Notes: generated by a model from the sequence alone, not told the origin. A stretch of DNA of 64,000 bases from Deltaproteobacteria bacterium (GCA_029858505.1 JAOUEW010000005.1:42880-106879), one strand, 5' to 3'. Counted from the first letter of the stretch, positions 1-9,984 are shown. Numbers and translations: made by a program.

Positions 1-51
1 TCACCACACCCTCGCGTTCAAATCATTCCCCTGGGTTGTTTACACTCCCTC

Positions 52-565
52 CCAACGGCACCCCTCCCCTGCCCTGCGGGCATCCCCTCCCCTTCGTGGA
101 GGGGAAATAACTCGAAGCCGAAGGGTTATTTGCTTGCTTCCGTCCGGCTTCATTCACCAAACAGATTCTATTCTCCACTCTTCGGCCTAAGCCGTATTGT
201 CCCTCTCCGACGGGGAGGGACGGGCGGCGCAGCCGCCAGGGAGGGGTGCTTTAACGGATGAATCGAATCGCCAACAATACCCCTCCCCTGCCCTGCGGGC
301 ATCCCCTCCCCTTCGTGGAGGGGAAATAACTCGAAGCCGAAGGGTTATTTGCTTGCTTCCGTCCGGCTTCATTCACCAAACAGATTCTATTCTCCACTCT
401 TCGGCCTAAGCCGTATTGTCCCTCTCCGATGGGGAGGGACAGGCGGCGCAAGCCGCCAGGGAGGGGTGCTTTAACGGATGAATCGAATCGCCGATGGATT
501 CGAGTAACGGGAGGGGTGCTGTTCGGGGAACAGATCGAAGCCAGCGGGTGATACGCTTGCTTCCT
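52..565. repeat. Tandem array of REP/REPIN-like elements (two units, 219-bp period, plus a partial third)
   Basis: 60-272 is repeated almost exactly at 279-492. Each unit is head A (CACCCCTCCCCTGCCC..GGGCATCCCCTCCCCTTCGTGGAGGGGAAAT), a linker, then an inverted head B (TATTGTCCCTCTCCG..GGGAGGGAC..GGCGGC..GCCGCCAGGGAGGGGTG). Confidence 0.9.
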
Positions 566-1783
566 TTATTTTTTCCCCCCAGCCATGTGGACGGAAAGCA
601 AAAGCACCAAGGCCAGGGCCCCCACCCCGGCCGACATCAGGAACGCCGTTTGGTACCCCCAGCCCTGCCACACTGCCCCAAACAACACGCTGGCGGGCAG
701 GGTGGCCAGCCCCAACACCCCGTGATAGAAGCCAAAGGCGGTGCCCCGCAGCCCGGCTGGCACCATGTCGCTCACCCAGGCCCGCTGGGGGGCCTCGGTC
801 AGACCGAACGACAACCCATAGGCCACAAAGGCCAAGGCTGGCAACCAGGGCCCCTGGCCCAGGGCAAACACCACGAATACACCCACGAACAGCCCCCACC
901 CGGCCAGCACCAGGGGGCGGCGCCCCACCCGGTCCGACAGCGGCCCCAGCCGCCAGCCAGACAGACTGCGGACGGCGTTGTGGGCGGCCCACAGCCCCGC
1001 CACCCAGGCCATGGGCACCCCCAAGTTGCCCAGGTGCAGCAGCAGAAAGACCTCGCTGGCTTCGCCCAGGGTAAACAAAAACAACACCGCCAGAAATTTT
1101 CGGTAATCCGGCCCCAAGGTCCGCCACCCTTCCCTCCAGGTCACCGCCCGCCGCGGGGGAGTATTGGGGGCGGCGGTTTCCACGGGGATTTCTTTCACCC
1201 CCCACACCACCAGCGCCACCACCAGCACCCCTGGCACCAGGGCCAGCAGAAACAAATGGGGCAGAGAGAACCCCAGGGCCAGCAGCCCCGCCGCCACCAG
1301 GGGCCCCAGCACCGCCCCCAGGTTATCCATGGCCCGGTGAAAGCCAAAGGCGGCCCCCCAATGCCGGGAGGGAATGAGATCGGAAATGAGGGCGTCTCGG
1401 GGAGAGGCCCGCATGCCCTTCCCCAGCCGGTCGCCAAAACGCAGCACCAGCGCCATGGGCCAGCTGCCCGCCAGGCCGATAAACGGCTTGCACAGGCTGG
1501 ACAGGGTATAGCCCGCCACCATGAAGGGTTTGCGGCGGCCCGTCCGGTCGGAGAATATCCCCGAGGCCACCTTGAGCAGGCTAGACACCGAATCGGCCAA
1601 GCCTTCGATCAGCCCCAAAGACAATGGCCCAGCCCCCAGGGCCGTGGTGAGAAACACCGGCAGCAGGGGGAAGATCATCTCGCTGGACAAGTCGGTAAAC
1701 AGGCTGACCAAGCCAATGGCCACGATGGAACGCCGGGCCAGCGGAGAAAGGTTCTGCCAGCCCTGCAGCGGAAGGAAGGACAT
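566..1783 (-). CDS. MFS transporter
   Basis: About 12 hydrophobic segments; MFS motif A (GIFSDRTGRRK, GPLSDRVGRR). Start re-chosen at ATG 1783 because the longer ORF overlaps nuoI. Confidence 0.9.
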   Translation of the reverse strand: MSFLPLQGWQNLSPLARRSIVAIGLVSLFTDLSSEMIFPLLPVFLTTALGAGPLSLGLIEGLADSVSSLLKVASGIFSDRTGRRKPFMVAGYTLSSLCKPFIGLAGSWPMALVLRFGDRLGKGMRASPRDALISDLIPSRHWGAAFGFHRAMDNLGAVLGPLVAAGLLALGFSLPHLFLLALVPGVLVVALVVWGVKEIPVETAAPNTPPRRAVTWREGWRTLGPDYRKFLAVLFLFTLGEASEVFLLLHLGNLGVPMAWVAGLWAAHNAVRSLSGWRLGPLSDRVGRRPLVLAGWGLFVGVFVVFALGQGPWLPALAFVAYGLSFGLTEAPQRAWVSDMVPAGLRGTAFGFYHGVLGLATLPASVLFGAVWQGWGYQTAFLMSAGVGALALVLLLSVHMAGGKK

Positions 1784-1809
1784 GCGAAGCGAAAGTAGAG
1801 GGAACCCGC

Positions 1810-2394
1810 TTACCCGGCCAGTTTGGCGGTGGATTGCGGCAGGGCTTCCTCTTGGGTCAGGGGAAGGGGCGTGCTGGGGAATTTGGTCTTGTCGGTTTTG
1901 GCGTGGGCGTCCATCAGCATGTTGCGGGTGTAGTCGAAGGTCACCCGCTCGGTGGAGGCCATGGAGTAAATGCCGGTGTCCATGCGGATGGCGTCTTTGG
2001 GGCAGGCCTCCACGCACAACCCGCAAAACACGCAGCGCAGTTCGTCAATGTCGAACACCACCGGGTATTTTTCCACCGACTTGTCGGGCATTTCTCCCGC
2101 TTCAATGTGAATGCACTTGGCCGGGCACACGGTTTCGCACATGTAGCAGGCCACGCACTTGATGAAGCCGTCCTCTCGCACCGTTAAGCGGTGGCGGCCC
2201 CGCCAGCGGGGAGAAATCCGCCGCTTCTGCTCGGGGTAGGAGATGGTCACCACGTCGGACTGGGTGATGACGTTGCGGAAGAAGTGGCGGAGGGTAATCC
2301 GCAGCCCGCCAATAATGGCCGGCAGGTACAGGTCGATCAAGAACCCGCCTTGACGCTGCACGGTTTTCACGGATGGTTTCTTAGCCGTTTGCAT
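1810..2394 (-). CDS. nuoI: NADH-quinone oxidoreductase subunit I
   Basis: Two 4Fe-4S motifs (CVACYMCETVCP, CVFCGLCVEACP), YPEQKR..RWRGRH, nuo context. Confidence 0.95.
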   Translation of the reverse strand: MQTAKKPSVKTVQRQGGFLIDLYLPAIIGGLRITLRHFFRNVITQSDVVTISYPEQKRRISPRWRGRHRLTVREDGFIKCVACYMCETVCPAKCIHIEAGEMPDKSVEKYPVVFDIDELRCVFCGLCVEACPKDAIRMDTGIYSMASTERVTFDYTRNMLMDAHAKTDKTKFPSTPLPLTQEEALPQSTAKLAG

Positions 2395-2457
2395 GGCGCA
2401 CCGGTTGAATGCTCGTTTTCGAATGGGGAGCGGCTTGGTGCCCGCTCCCTGGAATCT

Positions 2458-3555
2458 CTAGGCCGTCAGCAGCAGCACCAGGGCCGTGACCACAAGGTTG
2501 GCCATGGACAAGGGCAACATTTTTTTCCACCCCAGGTCCATGGTTTGGTCGAAGCGGAACCGGGGCAATGTCCAGCGAATGATGATGATCAGCCAGCAGA
2601 AGATGAGTGTCTTGGTGATAAAGGACCCGGCTTGCAGCAGGGCCACCACCACCGGGGGCAGCGCCAGCGAGTAACCCAGCAGGTGGAAGCCATCCGGGAA
2701 CAGCCAGGGGATTTGATACCCCCCAAAGAACAGGGTCACGGTGATGGCCGACACCGCCACGATGGACACGTACTCCGCCAGCATATAGGCCGAAAACCGG
2801 GCGCCGGAGTATTCCAGGTAATACCCGGCGATAATTTCAGACTCGCCTTCGGGCTGGTCGAAGGGCTGGCGCTTGGCCTCGGCCAGCATGCCGGTAAAGA
2901 ACAAAAAGAACGCCAGGGGCTGGGTGAAAATTCCCCACTTGGGGATCAGGCCGTCGAACCAATAGGTGTTCTGCAACTCCACGATTTTGCTGACTTGCAC
3001 GGTGCCGTACACCATGAAGATGCCGATCAGCGACAGCCCCAAGAAGACCTCGTAAGACAACATTTGAGAGGACGTGCGGATGGCCCCCAGCAAGGCGTAT
3101 TTGTTGTTAGAGGCGTAGCCCCCCAGCACCGCGCCATACACCCCCAGCGAGGTGACCGCGAAGATGAACACCAGCCCGGTGTTGATATCGGTGATTTGAA
3201 AGGTGACCGACCCAATGGGCCCGGCAAAGGGAATGACCGCCCACACCAAAATGGCCGGAAAGTAGCTAAACAGCGGAGCGATGAGATACAAGAAGCGGTC
3301 GGCCCCGGCCGGCACGGTGTCTTCCTTCAGCAGGCTTTTCACCCCGTCGGCGGCAATGTGCAGGGCCCCGTGGCCGGTAAACTTGCCAATGTTGGCGCGG
3401 TTTGGGCCAATGCGGTCCTGCACGGCGCTCATCCATTTGCGTTCCATCAGGGTCAGCACCGTGCCCACGGCCATCACAAACCCCAGCACGAACACCAGGA
3501 TTTTAATGACGGCCTGCACCAGCGGAATGGTTAGAATGTCTAAGATCATGTCCAT
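2458..3555 (-). CDS. nuoH: NADH-quinone oxidoreductase subunit H
   Basis: ERKW..QDRIGPN, ADGVK, SYE, PFDQPEGESE, RWTLPRFRFDQ. Start could instead be 3606. Confidence 0.95.
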   Translation of the reverse strand: MDMILDILTIPLVQAVIKILVFVLGFVMAVGTVLTLMERKWMSAVQDRIGPNRANIGKFTGHGALHIAADGVKSLLKEDTVPAGADRFLYLIAPLFSYFPAILVWAVIPFAGPIGSVTFQITDINTGLVFIFAVTSLGVYGAVLGGYASNNKYALLGAIRTSSQMLSYEVFLGLSLIGIFMVYGTVQVSKIVELQNTYWFDGLIPKWGIFTQPLAFFLFFTGMLAEAKRQPFDQPEGESEIIAGYYLEYSGARFSAYMLAEYVSIVAVSAITVTLFFGGYQIPWLFPDGFHLLGYSLALPPVVVALLQAGSFITKTLIFCWLIIIIRWTLPRFRFDQTMDLGWKKMLPLSMANLVVTALVLLLTA

Positions 3556-3633
3556 GAAAGATTCTCGAAATATATTCGCGCCTGTGTGTTGCCCCCCGTG
3601 GGTCAACGGGGAAAATGCGTGAGCCCTGGTGTT

Positions 3634-4830
3634 CTACCGTTCCAGTTCGCCCCCAATCATGTTGATGGAACCGTAGATGGGGACGATGTCTCCCACATAG
3701 TGGCCAATCAGCATTTCTGGCAGGGCCGACACAAAGTTAAAGCAGGGGGGCCGCACCCGGCACTTGTAGGGCTTGCCAGTGCCGTCCGACACCAAATAGA
3801 AGCCCAACTCTCCGTTGCCGCCCTCGATGGCCTGATAGACCTCTCCCTTGGGGGGGGTGGAACCCTCCATGATGACCTTGAAGTGGTCAATCAACCCCTC
3901 AATGCTGCCATAGACCTCGGTTTTGTCGGGCAGCCAAGCCCGGCGGTCGTGCTGGTAGTGGCCCCCCTTGGGGATTTTGGCCACGGCTTGGCGAATGATG
4001 GAGATGGACTGCAGCATTTCTTCGTGGCGCACCAGGAAGCGGTCGTAGGAGTCGCCCACGGTGCCCACGGGAATCTCAAAGTCTAATTCGTTGTACACCA
4101 AGTAGGGTTCGGCCCGGCGCAGGTCATAGGGTTCGCCGGTGGCCCGCAGCATGGGGCCGGTGAAGCCGTATTCAATGGCCCGCTCGCGGGAGAGCACCCC
4201 CACGTCTTTCACCCGGTCCAAAAAGATTTTATTTTTGAACAGCATTTTCACGCCTTCTTCCAGCACGGCTTCCACTTTTTTCAGCCGTTCTTCCAGCATG
4301 TCGAAGAAGGTGTCGGGCAGGTCGTTGGCGTTGCCGCCAAAACGGGTCCAGTTGTGGGTCAGGCGGGCGCCGGTCACTTCCTCGGTCAGCTCCCACAGGT
4401 ATTCACGGGCCTTCACGTACCACAGAAATACCGTCATGGCGCCCACTTCCATGCCCATGGCCCCGTTGCAGGTCAGGTGGTCGCTGATGCGGCTCAGTTC
4501 TCCCAAAATCACCCGGGCATACTGGGCGCGCTTCGGCACATCCAGCCCAAACAATTTTTCCACCGCCAGGGAATAGCCGATGTTGTTCAAAATGGGCGAC
4601 ACGTAATTCAACCGGTCGGTGTAGGGAATGACCTGCACGTAGGTGGAGTTCTCGCATTCTTTTTCGAAGCCCCGGTGCAGGTAGCCGATTTCCACCTCCA
4701 CCGCCGTCACCACTTCGCCGTCTAGGCGGGTAGACAGGCGGGTGATGCCGTGCATGGCCGGGTGAGAAGGCCCAATCTCAATGTCCATCGGCTCGGCGCC
4801 GAACTCTAAGGGGAGGTTGCTGCGTTTCAT
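3634..4830 (-). CDS. nuoD: NADH-quinone oxidoreductase subunit D
   Basis: GPSHPAMHG, IGYLHRGFEK, DRLNY, C-terminal GELER; no hydrogenase Ni-binding CxxC motifs. Confidence 0.95.
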   Translation of the reverse strand: MKRSNLPLEFGAEPMDIEIGPSHPAMHGITRLSTRLDGEVVTAVEVEIGYLHRGFEKECENSTYVQVIPYTDRLNYVSPILNNIGYSLAVEKLFGLDVPKRAQYARVILGELSRISDHLTCNGAMGMEVGAMTVFLWYVKAREYLWELTEEVTGARLTHNWTRFGGNANDLPDTFFDMLEERLKKVEAVLEEGVKMLFKNKIFLDRVKDVGVLSRERAIEYGFTGPMLRATGEPYDLRRAEPYLVYNELDFEIPVGTVGDSYDRFLVRHEEMLQSISIIRQAVAKIPKGGHYQHDRRAWLPDKTEVYGSIEGLIDHFKVIMEGSTPPKGEVYQAIEGGNGELGFYLVSDGTGKPYKCRVRPPCFNFVSALPEMLIGHYVGDIVPIYGSINMIGGELER

Positions 4831-5399
4831 AGGGGCCGTCGCTCCGTCTCGGATGGGTCGGTGAGGTTACGGTTTTGGTAATCGTAGCGTTCCCGCACCG
4901 GGCGCAGTTCCACCCGGGGCTGCTGCAGGTGGATGTCGTAGTCTTTGCGCAGGGGGTGGCCCACGAAGGATTCATACAGCAGCAGGCGCTTCAGGTTGGG
5001 GTGCCCTTGGAAGCGAATGCCGTACATGTCGAAGCATTCCCGCTCGTACCAGTCGGCGGCCACCCACAGTTTGGAAATGGTGGGCAGGGTACAGGCTTCC
5101 GGGCCGTCTTCGCCCACCCCCACCTTCACCCGCAGGCGGTGGCCCAAAGAAAGGGACTTCAAGTGCACCACCACCTGAAACCGGGGGCTCTGGCCCAGAA
5201 AATCCACCGCCGACAGGTCCACCATTAAGTTAAACTTCAGGGTGGGGTCGTTGCGCAGCAGGGTCATGACCGCCAGGTATTGGTCTTTGGCCACGGTGAT
5301 GGTTTCATCGCCGAATTGCTGGTGGCTGGCGGTCACCGCTCCGGGAAATTTTTCCTCTACCCGCGCGGTGATGGGGGGGGTTTCGGCTGGTGCGGTCAT
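4827..5399 (-). CDS. nuoC: NADH-quinone oxidoreductase subunit C
   Basis: ADWYERECFDMYGIRFQGHPNLKRLL, GHPLRKDY. Confidence 0.95.
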   Translation of the reverse strand: MTAPAETPPITARVEEKFPGAVTASHQQFGDETITVAKDQYLAVMTLLRNDPTLKFNLMVDLSAVDFLGQSPRFQVVVHLKSLSLGHRLRVKVGVGEDGPEACTLPTISKLWVAADWYERECFDMYGIRFQGHPNLKRLLLYESFVGHPLRKDYDIHLQQPRVELRPVRERYDYQNRNLTDPSETERRPL

Positions 5400-5432
5400 G
5401 GGTTCGCCTCGTTCAAATGAAATAGAATGATT

Positions 5433-5972
5433 TTATTGCCGGCTCAGCAGCAGCACTTCTTTGGTCTGACGTGGGTTGATGCCGGTATGACCGGTGGGCC
5501 CGCGGGTTTGAATCAGGTCTTGCAGGGCAATCAGGCCGTCCAGCACCGCCTCGGGGCGGGGGGGGCAGCCCCCGATATACACATCCACCGGAATCACCCG
5601 GTCTAGCCCCTGCACCACCGCGTAGTTTTGATAGAACCCGCCAGAAGAAGCGCAGGCCCCGAAGGCGATCACCCATTTGGGGTGGGCCATTTGCTCGTGC
5701 ACCCGTTTGACGATGGGAGCCATTTTGTGGTTGATCGTGCCCGCCACCCACAGCACGTCCGACTGCCGGGGAGAAAAGCGGGGAATTTCCGCGCCAAAGC
5801 GGGCCTGATCGTAGTGCGACGCCGCCGTGGCCATGAACTCCATGCCGCAGCAAGCCGTGGCGAAGGGGTATTGAAACAGGGAATACTTCCGGGCCCAGTT
5901 CAACACCGCGTCCAACCGGGTGGTAAAGAACGCGCCCTGCTCGATGGCGGGCGCTTTGGTTTTCACTCCCAT
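5433..5972 (-). CDS. nuoB: NADH-quinone oxidoreductase subunit B
   Basis: TACCGMEFM, SPRQSD, GACASSGG, IPVDVYIGGCPPRPE. Start at ATG 5972 overlaps the nuoA end. Confidence 0.95.
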   Translation of the reverse strand: MGVKTKAPAIEQGAFFTTRLDAVLNWARKYSLFQYPFATACCGMEFMATAASHYDQARFGAEIPRFSPRQSDVLWVAGTINHKMAPIVKRVHEQMAHPKWVIAFGACASSGGFYQNYAVVQGLDRVIPVDVYIGGCPPRPEAVLDGLIALQDLIQTRGPTGHTGINPRQTKEVLLLSRQ

Positions 5973-6322
5973 TCCAGGGCTCCTTTCCGCCAGGCGTATA
6001 CCAAACCCAGGACCAAAATAACCATAAAGGTCATCAGCTCCCAGAAACCCATCCACCCCAGTTCGCGGAATTTCACCGCCCAGGGGTAGAAGAAAATCAC
6101 CTCCACGTCGAAAATCAAGAAGATCATGGCCACCATGTAAAACCGCACGCTGTAGCGGCGAAACCCGGTGCCCTGAGACAGATGCCCGGCCTCGAAGGGG
6201 GCTTTCTTCACGGCGGATTTGTCGGTGGGGCCCAGGGCAATGCCCATCACGATAAACTGGCCGCCCACCACCAGGGCCACGCCGATCAGAATGAGAACTG
6301 GAAGATATTGTTCCGCGATCAT
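5963..6322 (-). CDS. nuoA: NADH-quinone oxidoreductase subunit A
   Basis: FLIFDVEVIFFYPWAV, WRKGALEWE; start MIAEQY. Confidence 0.95.
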   Translation of the reverse strand: MIAEQYLPVLILIGVALVVGGQFIVMGIALGPTDKSAVKKAPFEAGHLSQGTGFRRYSVRFYMVAMIFLIFDVEVIFFYPWAVKFRELGWMGFWELMTFMVILVLGLVYAWRKGALEWE

Positions 6323-6731
6323 GAATAGCCGCAAAAGAAAGAGAGACGAGAACGCCGGAGATTCCGGCCGAAATACCACACCTTAACCATGGACGAAGTA
6401 GCCTAAATCAACTCCCCTTTTAATGTCAACGAAAGCCTGAGGAAAACAGAAGGAAATTCGATCTCTTTGATGATACACCATTTTTATTGTGGGTGGATTT
6501 GAAAAAGAGAAACTTTCCCCAGCCAAACACCCGCCCCGCAAGAAGTGTGATCCTTTGGTGGGGGAAATGAGAAAGAAACACGGAGGAAAAGGGGGAGAAA
6601 CCGGGAAGAACGGGGAGGAAAGATTGAAAGATAGAAAGAAACGGGGAAACAATATTGTCCCCCCGGCGGGATTTAGATAGAATGATGAAAAGTATAGACA
6701 GGAAGGACCATACAGGTCTTGCCACCCGTGG

Positions 6732-8090
6732 ATGAACATCACTCACTTTCATTTCCAGCCCTATTCTTTGCAGGTTCACCCCCCCTTGCCCACGGCACGG
6801 GGAGAAGTGACCCACCGCCAAGGATTCTGGATTCGGGTGGCGCGGGACAGCCTGATGGGGTGGGGAGAAGCCGCCCCCTGGCCTGAACTGGGCACCGAAA
6901 CCCTGGCCCACTGCCAGGCCCTGCTGGAAAGCTGGCAGCGCCAAGCGGAACGCGCGGAGAAACGAGGCATTCCGGGGAAGGAACTGCTGGCCCAAGCCCT
7001 GGCCTGCCCGGCAGCCCGGCACGGACTAGACATGGCCCTGGCGGACCTGGCCGCCCAACAGGCCGGGCTGCCCCTGGCCGACTGGTTGCTGAACCAGCCC
7101 CAAGGATCAGAAGACGCGCAAGAAGACCGGGAAGCACGGGAAGCACGAGACATGGCAACCCCCTGGCCCAACGCCGAGCAACAGAAAGCCCGGCTGGAAG
7201 CCAAGGACCGGGTGGCCGTGAATGGGCTGATCGGGGCCCTGGAGGCGGAAGAAGCCGCACAACAGGCCCAGGCATTGGTGGGCCAGGGCTTCCACACCCT
7301 GAAAATTAAATTGCGGGGGGGCCAGGAGCACCAGGCCAGCGACTTGGCCCGGGTGCGGGCGGTTGCGGAAAGGGTTTGTCTGCCCGCCGCCAACCCGGCG
7401 CGCCTGCGGCTGGATGTGAACGGGGCTTGGAATTTACCCCAGGCCAAGGCCATGATGGATCAAATCGTGTTGCAGGGTCAGGCAATGCCAAGGCCTAAGG
7501 ATGCTGTGAAAGAAGGGAATAGGGAAGAAAGTGCCAGGAAAGAAGGGGATATCAAAGAAGGCGATGGGAAAGAATTCCTGAAATACCTGGAGTACGTTGA
7601 ACAGCCCCTGCCCCCCGGTGACCCAGGCTGGGCAGAGCTGGCCCAAGGCTCCCCCCTGCCGCTGGCCCTGGATGAATCCATCCGCCGCCCGGAAGACTTG
7701 GCCTGGGTGCTGGAAACCTTTCAGCGGCCAGGATTTGCCCAGCCCCTGCTGGTGCTGAAACCCATGGTGCTGGGGGGAATCCTCCCCGCCTGGGAGCTGG
7801 CCCGCCAAGCCCTGGCCGTGGGGCTAGACGTGGTGGTGACCACCACCCTGGAAGGGCCCCTGGCCCGGCTGGGGGCCCTGCACTTGGCCGCTGCGGTGGA
7901 AGGCTGGAAAGCGGAACAGAGCAAACAGGACCACAGGCCACGGCAGAGCAGGGCCCACGGCTTGGCCCATGGGCACCTGCTTAGCGAAGAGCTGCCGGAG
8001 GGCTGGACCCAGGCGCCCACCCCCCACCAGGGAGAGATGCGGCTGCCCCACCAGCATGGAAAACGATTGAGCGGCCTGGGGAGGGCCTAA
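6732..8090 (+). CDS. menC: o-succinylbenzoate synthase-like enolase-superfamily protein
   Basis: GWGEAAP, KxK motif (LKIKL), RLDVNGAW, YVEQP, ALDESI, VLKP; two charged insertions. Confidence 0.8.
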   Translation: MNITHFHFQPYSLQVHPPLPTARGEVTHRQGFWIRVARDSLMGWGEAAPWPELGTETLAHCQALLESWQRQAERAEKRGIPGKELLAQALACPAARHGLDMALADLAAQQAGLPLADWLLNQPQGSEDAQEDREAREARDMATPWPNAEQQKARLEAKDRVAVNGLIGALEAEEAAQQAQALVGQGFHTLKIKLRGGQEHQASDLARVRAVAERVCLPAANPARLRLDVNGAWNLPQAKAMMDQIVLQGQAMPRPKDAVKEGNREESARKEGDIKEGDGKEFLKYLEYVEQPLPPGDPGWAELAQGSPLPLALDESIRRPEDLAWVLETFQRPGFAQPLLVLKPMVLGGILPAWELARQALAVGLDVVVTTTLEGPLARLGALHLAAAVEGWKAEQSKQDHRPRQSRAHGLAHGHLLSEELPEGWTQAPTPHQGEMRLPHQHGKRLSGLGRA

Positions 8091-8137
8091 CCCCAAACCA
8101 CCCGCGCGCGTAACTGGCGTATTCACATTTTGAATGG

Positions 8138-9274
8138 ATGGCCATGATCATTGGAATTCCCAAAGAAGACCGGCCCGGTGAAACCCGGGTGGCCCTGGTG
8201 CCGGAAACCGTAAAAGCCCTGGTGAAAGCCGGCCACCAAGTGGTGGTGGAAGCCAGCGCCGGAGAAGCCGCCAGTTACGCCGACCAAGACTACCGCCAGG
8301 CGGGGGCCACCGTGGCCCTTGGCCCCAAGGCCATGGAGGGCGTGCAACTGGTGGCGCGGGTGAACCGGCCGGGGTGGAATGCCTCTCCCCAGGAGGCCGT
8401 GAAGGGCATCCCCCAGGGGGCCGCCCTGGTGAGCTTTCTGCAGCCCTTTCAACAGCGCCCCCTGCTGGAAGCCCTGGCCGCGCGGAACATCACGGCTTTT
8501 TCCATGGAATTGATCCCCCGCATTTCCCGGGCCCAAAGCATGGACGCCCTCTCCTCCCAGGCCACGGTGGCGGGCTACAAAGCCGTGCTGCTGGCGGCCA
8601 ACCGCTACCCCCGGTTTCTGCCCATGTTCATGACCGCCGCGGGCACCATTCAACCGGCCCGGGCGCTGATTTTGGGGGCCGGGGTGGCGGGCCTGCAGGC
8701 CATTGCCACCGCCCGCCGCTTGGGGGCCGTGGTGGAAGCGTTCGACACCCGCCCGGTGGTGAAAGACCAGGTGGAAAGCCTGGGAGCCCGGTTTATTGCC
8801 CTAGACACCCCCCATGAAGACGCCCAAGACGCCGGAGGATACGCCAAGGCCCTGAGCGAAGACCAGCATCAGCGCGAGCTGGAACTGATTGCCCAGCGCA
8901 TTGCCAAGGCCGACCTGGTCATCACCACCGCCCAGATTCCGGGGAAGAAATCTCCCCTGCTGGTCACCCGGGCCATGGTGGAATCCATGCGCCCTGGTTC
9001 GGTGATTGTGGACCTGGCGGCGGAAGGCGGCGGCAACTGTGAACTAACCAAGGCCGACCAAGAGGTGGAGCACCAGGGGGTGCTGCTGCTGGGCCCCACC
9101 AACCTGCCGGCCCACATGCCCTCCGCCGCCAGCTGGATGTACGCCCGCAACCTGGTGAACCTGCTGGGCTTGATGGCGGGACCCCAGGGCCTGAAAGAAG
9201 ACTTGGGGGATGATATTCTGAAAGGGTCCCTGGTCACCCGGGGCGGAAAGATTGTTCACCCGGCCTTGGGGTAA
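8138..9274 (+). CDS. pntAA: NAD(P) transhydrogenase subunit alpha part 1 (domain I)
   Basis: GIPKE..ETRVALVP, RISRAQSMDALSSQ, GAGVAGL, DAGGYAK, GGNCE. Confidence 0.95.
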   Translation: MAMIIGIPKEDRPGETRVALVPETVKALVKAGHQVVVEASAGEAASYADQDYRQAGATVALGPKAMEGVQLVARVNRPGWNASPQEAVKGIPQGAALVSFLQPFQQRPLLEALAARNITAFSMELIPRISRAQSMDALSSQATVAGYKAVLLAANRYPRFLPMFMTAAGTIQPARALILGAGVAGLQAIATARRLGAVVEAFDTRPVVKDQVESLGARFIALDTPHEDAQDAGGYAKALSEDQHQRELELIAQRIAKADLVITTAQIPGKKSPLLVTRAMVESMRPGSVIVDLAAEGGGNCELTKADQEVEHQGVLLLGPTNLPAHMPSAASWMYARNLVNLLGLMAGPQGLKEDLGDDILKGSLVTRGGKIVHPALG

Positions 9275-9303
9275 ATGCACGCACCCGCTGCGGGTGATCT
9301 CCC

Positions 9304-9580
9304 GAAGGGTGGAGATAACATCCGTTCGGTTGGTGAAGTCGGGAAGAAAAGCAAAGACACCAGTTTTTCGGCTTTGAGTGAATCCCGAACGGCACCCCTC
9401 CCTGGCGGCTTACGCCGCCTGTCCCTCCCCGTCGGAGAGGGACAATAATGCTAGGCAGAAGGGTGGAGATAACATCCGTTCGGTTGGTGAAGTCGGGAAG
9501 AAAAGCAAAGACACCAGCCTTTCGGCTTTGAGTGAATCCCCGTTTCAACAGGGGATGCCCGAAGGGGAGGGGTGCTGTTG
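9304..9580. repeat. REP/REPIN-like element with duplicated linker
   Basis: 83-bp direct repeat (9304-9386 / 9458-9540, the family linker in reverse) flanks head B (about 9393-9447); a degenerate inverted head A lies at about 9550-9580. Confidence 0.85.
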
Positions 9581-9648
9581 GGGGGGGAAACCGCCCGCAG
9601 GAGTAGAGGTTGAGAACACGCTCATAAAAAACATTCTCTGGGAAAACC

Positions 9649-9984
9649 ATGGAAGAACTGGCCAAACATTTTAACCTGCCCGTGGAGGGCCTGTCGTTCC
9701 TGCCGATTCTGGTGGGCATGTATGTGTTTCTGCTGGCGGTCATCATCGGCTACTTGGTGATTTCCAAAGTGCCGCCCCTGCTGCACACCCCCCTGATGTC
9801 GGCCACCAACGCCATCTCGGGCATTTCCCTGGTGGCCTCCATCGTCACGGCGGGGTCCGCCAAACCGGTCAGCCAAGTGCTGGGAATGCTGGCCGTGACC
9901 GCCGCCACCATTAACGTGGTGGGGGGCTTTCTCATCACCGACCGCATGCTGCGCATGTTCAAGAAAAAGGACCAGATCCAATGA
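9649..9984 (+). CDS. pntAB: NAD(P) transhydrogenase subunit alpha part 2
   Basis: VPPLLHTPLMSATNAISG, NVVGGFLITDRMLRMFK. Confidence 0.95.
   Translation: MEELAKHFNLPVEGLSFLPILVGMYVFLLAVIIGYLVISKVPPLLHTPLMSATNAISGISLVASIVTAGSAKPVSQVLGMLAVTAATINVVGGFLITDRMLRMFKKKDQIQ

Noticed and set aside
187-451. Short ORFs over repeat elements (also 9378-9674, 20985-21497, 38261-38590, 59210-59659)
   Set aside because: They are translations of the palindromic repeat family, giving recurrent peptides such as SPPLRGGE and RRLSLP.
52-565. Possible CRISPR array (also 21148-21512 and 35267-35510)
   Set aside because: Sequences between the repeats are themselves repeated rather than unique spacers, periods are 151-219 bp, and no cas genes are present.
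3634-4830. Group 4 [NiFe]-hydrogenase reading of the partial nuo cluster
   Set aside because: The large subunit lacks both Ni-binding CxxC motifs and has typical NuoD signatures.
6480-6700. Purine-rich stretch and short ORFs between nuoA and menC
   Set aside because: Low-complexity divergent promoter region; the ORFs are not protein-like and no operator was recognised.
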